In this document: positions 57,857 through 64,000 of the stretch, piece after piece
Layout: each line of letters opens with the position of its first letter
Position numbering within the stretch: position 1 is the stretch's first letter
Origin: an uncultured Gammaproteobacteria bacterium
GTDB lineage: Bacteria > Patescibacteriota > Microgenomatia > Levybacterales > UBA12049
Reading direction: 5' to 3'
Length of the DNA: 64,000 bases
Assembly: GCA_964521295.1 (NCBI GenBank)
Contig: CAZFRF010000001.1
Coordinates: forward strand, 850,066 to 914,065
Position numbers and translations under genes: made by a program
Notes under the pieces: generated by a model
Databases searched by the model: none
What the model saw: the letters and a program-made list of their open reading frames with translations, nothing else
Told to the model about the DNA's origin: nothing

Positions 57857-58624
57857 TTATATCTTACTTACTTGTAAAAAGTCTAGTTCAACTGGTGTTT
57901 CTCTTCCGAAAATAGAAACTAAGACCTTTAATTTACCTTTTGCTTCATCAATCGTATCGATTGTTCCTAAGAAATCAGAGAATGGTCCATCAACAATTTT
58001 TACAGCTTCACCAGTTGTAAATGAAGTTGTATATAATGGTTGTTCTGATTGCATAAACTTTTGAATTGCTTCAACTTCTTTTTCAGAAATAGGAGTTGGC
58101 TTGTTGCCAGCGCCGATAAAAGCAGTTACTCCTTGAGTTGTTCTGACTAAAAGCCAGGATTCATCATCAAGAATCATTTTTACTAATACGTATCCTGGGA
58201 AGATCTTTTCTTTAACATTTTCTTTTTTGCCTTGTGCAACTTTTACTGTATCTCTAGTTGGAACAATGATGTCAAAAATTCTAGTTTCAAATCCCATTGA
58301 TTCAACTCTTTGATGAAGTGATTTTGCAACTTTATTTTCATGTCCTGAATAAGTGTGGACGATATACCATTTTGCATCATCAGCAGGTGAATGTGGCTTG
58401 TCTTCTACGGGAGTTGGTGCTTGCTCCTCTTGTGTAGCTTCTTCAGCTTGATCATGTAAAGCTTCAGCTGAAGCTTCTTCTTGGGCTTCTCCTTCTGTCT
58501 TTATTTCCTCTGAAGTAGGTGTTACTTCCAGCTCAGTATTTGCTTCTTCCACGACATCAGTTGCTGGCTCTGCAGCTACTTGTTCTTCTTGTACATCTTG
58601 TAAATTTTTTGTATCGTCTATCAT
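57857..58624 (-). CDS. nusG: Transcription termination/antitermination factor NusG with acidic N-terminal extension
   Basis: WYIVHTYSGHENKV, IFPGYVLV, DGPFSDF, IFGRETPVEL. Confidence 0.96.
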   Translation of the reverse strand: MIDDTKNLQDVQEEQVAAEPATDVVEEANTELEVTPTSEEIKTEGEAQEEASAEALHDQAEEATQEEQAPTPVEDKPHSPADDAKWYIVHTYSGHENKVAKSLHQRVESMGFETRIFDIIVPTRDTVKVAQGKKENVKEKIFPGYVLVKMILDDESWLLVRTTQGVTAFIGAGNKPTPISEKEVEAIQKFMQSEQPLYTTSFTTGEAVKIVDGPFSDFLGTIDTIDEAKGKLKVLVSIFGRETPVELDFLQVSKI

Positions 58625-58813
58625 TTATCTTGTTATTATTAATTGAACTACTTTTGTAAGTAAGAGATCGATTCCTCCTAGGAAAAGACCGATTCCTACG
58701 CTTACTATGATTACAACACTTGTTAGTCTAATTACTTCTTCCCTTGATGGCCAGACAACTTTTTTTAATTCATCTCTTACTTCTTTAAAAAAATTCACTG
58801 GTGTTGTAGCCAT
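58625..58813 (-). CDS. secE: Preprotein translocase subunit SecE
   Basis: ELKKVVWPSR plus a TM helix; directly upstream of nusG. Confidence 0.95.
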   Translation of the reverse strand: MATTPVNFFKEVRDELKKVVWPSREEVIRLTSVVIIVSVGIGLFLGGIDLLLTKVVQLIITR

Positions 58814-58966
58814 AAATTAAAATCCCAACATAATATTATTTTGGGATTTGTCAACATTTTAGCAAAACTTGGAGCGTATGTAAAGAAGAAGTAGATTAGA
58901 TTGCTAAATTAGCTAAAATACTAGATTGACATAAATTAGTTTTCACTTTACAATCATATAATAACT

Positions 58967-59857
58967 ATGGCAAAGATTAGAAAAGCAGTTATCCCCGCAG
59001 CTGGTTTTGGAACCAGATTTTTACCTCAAACTAAAGCAATGCCCAAGGAAATGCTTCCAATTGTTGATAAGCCTGTTATTCAGTATGTTGTTGAAGAGTT
59101 AGTAGGAGCAGGAATTACAGATATAATTTTAGTAACGGGATATCATAAGAGAACAATTGAAGATCATTTTGATGCCGCAAATTTAGATTTACTTGAAAAC
59201 TTAAGAATGGGTGGAGAAAAGAAAAAACCACTTCTTGAACAAGTTGAGGAAATTTCTTCCCTTGCAAACTTTATCTATGTAAGGCAAAAAGGACCATATG
59301 GAAATGGAACTCCTCTTATGAACGTAAGACATTTAATTGGCAATGAGCCTTTTATTTATGCTTTCTCTGATGACTTTATCGTTGCTGAGCCTTCAAGATT
59401 TAAGCAAATGATTGAATTATATGAGAAATATAATTGTTCTGTTTTGGGAAGCGTAAAAGCAACCAAAGATGAAGATTATGATAGATATGGTTTTGCTGGC
59501 GGAGAGGAAATAGAGCCTGGAGTAATTGATACAAAAGTTATTATTGAGAAGCCTGGTAAGAACGCAGCGCCATCTGATCTGGCTAATGTTTCAGGGTTTT
59601 TGTTTACTCCAGATATTTTTGAATACCTTGAAAAAATAATGGAAGATTTAAGAGAGGGTGAAGAATTCTATTATAATGATGCCCTAAAGAGAATGTTGTC
59701 TGATGGTAAAAGAATTTTAGCAGCTGAAATTAAAGGCGGAAGATATTATGATACAGGCAATAAGCTTGAATACATGAAAACTGTTGTAGAGCTAGGACTT
59801 AAAAACGAAGATATTAAAGACGAATTCAAAAAATTCCTCGAGAGTTTAAATATCTAA
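58967..59857 (+). CDS. galU: UTP--glucose-1-phosphate uridylyltransferase
   Basis: KAVIPAAGFGTRFLPQTKAMPKEMLPIVDKP. Confidence 0.92.
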   Translation: MAKIRKAVIPAAGFGTRFLPQTKAMPKEMLPIVDKPVIQYVVEELVGAGITDIILVTGYHKRTIEDHFDAANLDLLENLRMGGEKKKPLLEQVEEISSLANFIYVRQKGPYGNGTPLMNVRHLIGNEPFIYAFSDDFIVAEPSRFKQMIELYEKYNCSVLGSVKATKDEDYDRYGFAGGEEIEPGVIDTKVIIEKPGKNAAPSDLANVSGFLFTPDIFEYLEKIMEDLREGEEFYYNDALKRMLSDGKRILAAEIKGGRYYDTGNKLEYMKTVVELGLKNEDIKDEFKKFLESLNI

Positions 59858-59890
59858 TTACTTTTGTCATAATAGTTAAGGGATAGTATT

Positions 59891-60511
59891 TTGAAAAGAA
59901 ATTTTCCAATTATCGGTTTTACGTTATTAATTTCATTTGTAATCTTTTCTTTTATAGTTCACAAAGATTTATTTACGCAGTTGGATTTCGATACTACAGT
60001 TAAGCTTCAGGATAATATTTCTAGAAATTTTGATTTTCCTTTTTCACTGCTTAGTTTAATAGGTAGTTTTGAAATTTCGGGTTTAATTTTAATTTTCTTT
60101 CTTGTCTTATTTAAAAAAATTAAGGCAGTTTTTGCTTTAGGATTATTTGTTTTTTTACACATACCAGAGCTTTTTGGCAAAATGTATGTTGATCATCCAG
60201 GTCCTCCTTTTATGTTTTTTAGATATGATATTGATTTTCTTTTTCCATCTTCGTATGTTCAACCGGGATCTTCATATCCATCAGGTCATTCTGCAAGAGC
60301 TGTTTTTATTTCCATAGTGGTCGCATTCTTAGTGTCTAGATTAAAACTAAAAAAAGAATATAAATATGTTTTATATGCACTTGTTTTACTGTTTAACATT
60401 GCTATGTTGACGAGTAGGGTTTATCTTGGAGAGCACTGGACTTCTGATGTTGTTGGAGGTTCATTATTAGGGGCTGCATTTAGTTTCTTTTCTTTATTTT
60501 TTCTTTTATAG
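59891..60511 (+). CDS. PAP2 family phosphatase (undecaprenyl-PP phosphatase-like)
   Basis: SYPSGHS, SRVYLGEHWTSDV. Confidence 0.88.
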   Translation: MKRNFPIIGFTLLISFVIFSFIVHKDLFTQLDFDTTVKLQDNISRNFDFPFSLLSLIGSFEISGLILIFFLVLFKKIKAVFALGLFVFLHIPELFGKMYVDHPGPPFMFFRYDIDFLFPSSYVQPGSSYPSGHSARAVFISIVVAFLVSRLKLKKEYKYVLYALVLLFNIAMLTSRVYLGEHWTSDVVGGSLLGAAFSFFSLFFLL

Positions 60512-60583
60512 CTTCAGTTTTTAAAAGACAAAATAAGTAATTTGTCAAGTTGACAGGCAACGTGTTTTTGTTATACTTAATTA

Positions 60584-60750
60584 GTTCTTTGGTATACAGA
60601 GTTAGTTGGTAAGATTTTCTCTACATTTCACTGGGTTTGAGGTATCTTACTTTGTAAGAGACAGAGCGAGTAGTATTAGCCTGCGGGTTAATATTCAGCT
60701 TTCCTAATTTACAGACTTAGGGAAACATCAACTAATTCGGTACCAAAGAC
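60584..60750 (+). ncRNA. Candidate structured ncRNA (6S-like or unknown)
   Basis: TTGACA-16-TATACT promoter (60550-60577). 5' TCTTTGGTA pairs with 3' TACCAAAGA; GAGTTAGTTGGT pairs with ATCAACTAATTC; three internal hairpins; no long ORF. Confidence 0.55.
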
Positions 60751-60836
60751 GAATTTATTCATTTTAAGGCAGATCTTTCTTCTTTCCTTCGTTTTTGATA
60801 AAATAATTTGATCCTAAGATTAATTTTTTAGGTTTT

Positions 60837-60911
60837 GCCGTCTTAGCTCAGTGGTAGAGCAGCTGTTTTGTAAACAGCAGGTCGTCAGTTCAAGTCTGAC
60901 AGACGGCTCCA
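60837..60911 (+). tRNA. tRNA-Thr(TGT)
   Basis: GCCGTCT/AGACGGC acceptor stem, loop TTTGTAA, encoded CCA. Confidence 0.95.
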
Positions 60912-60996
60912 GCTGAGGTGGCGGAGTAGTCAATCGCTCGTGACTGTAGATCACGCGACCGGAAGGTCTACGGGAGTGCAAATCTCTCCCTCAGCA
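60912..60996 (+). tRNA. tRNA-Tyr(GTA)
   Basis: GCTGAGG/CCTCAGC acceptor stem, CGTGA-CTGTAGA-TCACG anticodon arm, long variable arm. Confidence 0.9.
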
Positions 60997-61005
60997 CAGT
61001 TTTGT

Positions 61006-61077
61006 GCCGGCTTGGCTCAGTGGTAGAGCAAGTCATTGGTAATGACTAGATCGTGGGTCCGATTCCCACAGCCGGCT
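61006..61077 (+). tRNA. tRNA-Thr(GGT)
   Basis: GCCGGCT/AGCCGGC acceptor stem, AGTCA-TTGGTAA-TGACT anticodon arm. Confidence 0.93.
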
Positions 61078-61119
61078 CAAGGTTGAATTAAGCTCAAGTT
61101 TTTTATATAATACATTCCT

Positions 61120-61296
61120 ATGGCAAAAAAAGGCGAACACAGAGTAACAGTTGGATTAGTATGTACTGTTTGTAAAAACAGGAATTATGTCACGTCAAGA
61201 AATAAATTAAATACAGTTGAAAAACTGCTTTTAAAGAAATTCTGCAGACACTGCAGAAAGATTACGGATCACAAAGAAAACGAAAAGTTGAAATAA
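61120..61296 (+). CDS. rpmG: 50S ribosomal protein L33 (Zn-ribbon type; not in ORF track)
   Basis: MAKKGEHRVTVGLVCTVCKNRNYVTSRNKLNTVEKLLLKKFCRHCRKITDHKENEKLK. Confidence 0.95.
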   Translation: MAKKGEHRVTVGLVCTVCKNRNYVTSRNKLNTVEKLLLKKFCRHCRKITDHKENEKLK

Positions 61297-61351
61297 CTTC
61301 CTCTTTGCAAGTTGATAGCACATATTCCTTAAGGTATAATTTACGTGACGA

Positions 61352-61422
61352 AGGGATGTGGTGAAATGGTATCACAGCAGTCTCCAAAACTGCTTTTCAC
61401 AGTTCGAATCTGTGCGTCCCTG
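61352..61422 (+). tRNA. tRNA-Trp(CCA)
   Basis: AGGGATG/CGTCCCT acceptor stem, GCAGT-CTCCAAA-ACTGC anticodon arm, GTTCGAATC. Confidence 0.92.
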
Positions 61423-61461
61423 CAGCATTGAAAATATTTTAAGGAGTAGTATAATCCACCA

Positions 61462-62448
61462 ATGATATCCGAACGAGAGCAAAAAGGTTCGAGATTAAGG
61501 TCATTGTTTAAAAATAATGCAAAGCCTTGGTTGCGTTCCGCAGCTTTAGTTATTGGAATGAGCTCGTTTTTCCCCAACCCAACTGGTGCTCCAGCTGTAC
61601 ACCCTCAAGATTTTTGTGTATTTGATTATGGCCCAGCAGAAGTCTCTTCTGTTTTAGCTGATAACATGTTAAGTACGGGAAATATTGAAGAAGGAATGAA
61701 GCCGATTGAAGGAGGAGTTGTATATACTGCAGCAGATGATGCAGTTAATGAAATACAGTATCAAGATTATTTTTTAAGAGCCAATATGGATTGTGTAATT
61801 TTATCGTGGTATCCAGATCAGAGAGCAAAATATTTTGAATATTATGTAGATTTCTTAAGCGCGCATCCGAATAATAAGCTGAAATATACATTTGAGTACG
61901 AATTATTAGGCGGAGAAGAGCCAAGTATGGATGAAAATAGAGCTTATCTTCAAGAATTAAGTCAACATTTTTCTGATCCAAACTTCTATAGAGATCAAAA
62001 TGGTATTCCAACATATTTTGTGTTTGCAAAAGCTGCTGAGGGATTAATCGATAATCCAGCGTATGTCGAAGAAGCGGCTCAACTAGCTAGTGAAATTAAC
62101 GCTAGGGCAATAATTGAAGATTATCCTTTAAATTTTTTAAACCCTTTTTATAATGATCCCAATATTGGTTGGATTGGTTATGATAGCGAGCCTTGGGATG
62201 TAAGACCTTCTGGAATATACACAACTAAAGATACTACGAGGCTTTTGAATGCGTATGACAAATGGGAAGCAGATCGAGATTTAAAGCAATTGCCGTATGA
62301 TGAGAATAGACTTATCCAAACTATTAATAGAGCAAAATATTTAGGAAGACCAATTGTGGCAATTGTTTCTTCAACTGAAATGGTTGAGGGAACTAATTGG
62401 AATTCAAGTATTGTAGATGTATATGCGCAGCATTTGCCAGCAAATTAA
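61462..62448 (+). CDS. GH99/GH71-like glycoside hydrolase (divergent)
   Basis: MDCVILSWY, FEYE, FSDPNFYR..GIPTYFVF, IVSSTEMVEGT (cf. ITSFNEWHEGT). Confidence 0.55.
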   Translation: MISEREQKGSRLRSLFKNNAKPWLRSAALVIGMSSFFPNPTGAPAVHPQDFCVFDYGPAEVSSVLADNMLSTGNIEEGMKPIEGGVVYTAADDAVNEIQYQDYFLRANMDCVILSWYPDQRAKYFEYYVDFLSAHPNNKLKYTFEYELLGGEEPSMDENRAYLQELSQHFSDPNFYRDQNGIPTYFVFAKAAEGLIDNPAYVEEAAQLASEINARAIIEDYPLNFLNPFYNDPNIGWIGYDSEPWDVRPSGIYTTKDTTRLLNAYDKWEADRDLKQLPYDENRLIQTINRAKYLGRPIVAIVSSTEMVEGTNWNSSIVDVYAQHLPAN

Positions 62449-62449
62449 A

Positions 62450-62674
62450 TTATTTTATTCTATTTGCCCTAACTTTTTTTGCAAGTAGGTCTGCAGTTTT
62501 TAAAAAGTCTTCTTTATTTACATGCAGTCTATATCTTGCTCTAACTCCGAAATTTTGAATGGGAACATTATTAAAAGTATCTTCAGTAATGACAGAATAT
62601 ATTCCAGATTCTTTAAGAATTTTTTGTCCAAACTCTGCTTGTTCTTTATTATTAAATATTCTTATGCAAAGCAT
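62450..62674 (-). CDS. DUF2007-like small protein
   Basis: AEFGQKILKESGIYSVI..RLHVNKEDFLKTADLL. Confidence 0.6.
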   Translation of the reverse strand: MLCIRIFNNKEQAEFGQKILKESGIYSVITEDTFNNVPIQNFGVRARYRLHVNKEDFLKTADLLAKKVRANRIK

Positions 62675-62677
62675 GTT

Positions 62678-63325
62678 TTAGAGGCCAAGGAGTTTTAGAG
62701 TGAATAAAATTAAATTTCCCATAATGTCAGAAAGAGAAAAACCGGCAATGGGAAACATGAGAAGGAAAAAGATAATAAAAATTCCAAATTGACCGATTGC
62801 TAAATATTGGTTCGCTTCTTTTTCTGGCAAAATTAAGGCAAACACTTTAGAGCCGTCTAAAGGTGGAATTGGTAATAAGTTAAAAATAAAAAGAGCAATA
62901 TTAATCTGTACTGCTCTTAAGATGAGTTCTAATATTAAAACCCCGTTTTGGCCTAGACTTTGTAGGATTAGGTTTGCAGAGAATTTTAGAATTAAAGCAC
63001 CAATTATTGCAATTAATAGGTTAGTTGCTGGTCCAGCTAGAGAGACTAAGGCTGAGTCTTTCCTGCCGTCTCTTAGGTTAAATGGATCAACTATTACAGG
63101 TTTTGCTCCACCAATGATAACGGGTGAATGACCAATAAAAAGAAGTAATGGTAAGAGGATGGTCATTATTGGGTCTATGTGAGGTTTAGGGTTTAGGGTT
63201 AATCTGCCCATGAGTCTTGCCGTAGGGTCACCTAGGCGTTCTGCAACGAGTCCATGAGCAATCTCGTGTAAGATTACACTGTAGATTAAAATAATAAGCG
63301 AGGCAGCGATAAAAAGTAATTCCAT
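62678..63325 (-). CDS. Site-2 protease (M50 family)
   Basis: HEIAHG, GDPTARLMGRLTLNP, AGPATN, FNLLPIPPLDG. Confidence 0.93.
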   Translation of the reverse strand: MELLFIAASLIILIYSVILHEIAHGLVAERLGDPTARLMGRLTLNPKPHIDPIMTILLPLLLFIGHSPVIIGGAKPVIVDPFNLRDGRKDSALVSLAGPATNLLIAIIGALILKFSANLILQSLGQNGVLILELILRAVQINIALFIFNLLPIPPLDGSKVFALILPEKEANQYLAIGQFGIFIIFFLLMFPIAGFSLSDIMGNLILFTLKLLGL

Positions 63326-63410
63326 GTATTTAGTATTATAAAATTTTGAGCTTAATTAAGCAAATAACTCAGTCGTTGAAATATGAGCGTATTTTAGATA
63401 TAATTGGTGA

Positions 63411-63653
63411 ATGGCAAAAGGTAATAAGTGCGACAATTGCGGAAAAGGCATTATGTATGGACATAATGTTTCTCACGCAAAAAATAGAACAAGAAAAATT
63501 TTTAAACCAAACTTGCATACAGCAAGAGTGGTTGTAAATGGTGTTTCTAAAACATTAAGACTTTGTACAAAATGTCAAAGAATTTTTAAAGGAAGAGTTA
63601 CTAGAAAATCCAAAGTAGAACCAGTTGTTGCTCAGCCAGTTGTAGCCGCTTAA
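63411..63653 (+). CDS. rpmB: 50S ribosomal protein L28
   Basis: CDNCGK..GHNVSHAKNRTRKIFKPNL..LCTKC. Confidence 0.95.
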   Translation: MAKGNKCDNCGKGIMYGHNVSHAKNRTRKIFKPNLHTARVVVNGVSKTLRLCTKCQRIFKGRVTRKSKVEPVVAQPVVAA

Positions 63654-64000
63654 GCTTTTAAGTTTTTTTCTTCAAACCTTGCTCTTATAATTAATACAGG
63701 CAATATTACTAAGGTATAAAAGGAAAGTCCTAGAAAAGAGTTGTTTGCGATGCTTGCACCAATTAAGGTAAATGAAATACCAAGATACATTGGGTGGTTA
63801 AAATATTTATATAATCCTGTTTTTACCCTTTTATTTTTTTGTGGTAGTACTCCAAATGATTTTCCTAAATTAACGTAGGATATTATCCAGACAATTACTC
63901 CGATAATGGCAATAATTATTCCAACAATATTAAGTAGAGAATAATTTAGATTTTCTCTAAAAAAAGCTAAATAAATATTTAATAAATATAGAGAAGGAAT
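63650..64000 (-). CDS. Isoprenylcysteine carboxyl methyltransferase/PEMT-like membrane protein (5' truncated)
   Basis: Manual translation: LGKSFGVLP..VKTGLYKYFNHPMYLG..RARFEEKNLKA*. Confidence 0.8.
   Translation of the reverse strand: MPSLYLLNIYLAFFRENLNYSLLNIVGIIIAIIGVIVWIISYVNLGKSFGVLPQKNKRVKTGLYKYFNHPMYLGISFTLIGASIANNSFLGLSFYTLVILPVLIIRARFEEKNLKA

Noticed and set aside
58820-58849. dif site
   Set aside because: ATAATATTATGTT resembles part of dif, but the 6-bp central spacer and the full TTATGTTAAAT arm are missing.
61341-61577. 78-aa minus-strand ORF
   Set aside because: It is antisense to tRNA-Trp and the GH99-like gene.
1-64000. Alternative genetic code (UGA recoding as in Gracilibacteria/Absconditabacteria)
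   Set aside because: Conserved genes are intact under code 11, TGA terminates comEC and rplJ, and tRNA-Trp has a CCA anticodon.

Overview
Low-GC bacterial chromosome segment read with genetic code 11. Gene content (short LeuRS, L1 with an N-terminal extension, ComEA plus split ComEC, sortase, DsbA/VKOR, FemAB, many orphans) suggests a Patescibacteria/CPR genome, probably Microgenomates; this is inference. The main feature is absent from the ORF track: a single minus-strand reading frame from ATG 16582 running off the left edge (at least 5527 codons). It encodes two tandem tyrosine-recombinase N-terminal (SAM-like/core-binding) domains with no catalytic domain and one TM helix. These are followed by about 5100 aa of mosaic, repeat-built fibre, two CBM-like domains, a six-repeat Kelch-like propeller and a DxAEY intramolecular-chaperone/peptidase-G2-like domain. 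Next to it lies a cluster of WxL/pilin-like subunits and DUF916/PapD-like membrane-anchored partners; two subunit genes share a promoter signature with the giant gene. Then come leuS-comEA-comEC-MBL, argS, tandem GH26 paralogs, M16 peptidase, ndk, VKOR/DsbA, tRNA-Arg, sortase, mreB, a WecB/TagA glycosyltransferase, galT-like and BldC-like genes. A secE-nusG-rplK-rplA//rplJ-rplL cluster is split by seven inserted genes. The window ends with galU, PAP2, a candidate 167-nt structured ncRNA, tRNAs Thr-Tyr-Thr, rpmG, tRNA-Trp, a GH99-like gene, a site-2 protease and rpmB. All domain calls are by eye from motifs; no searches were run.
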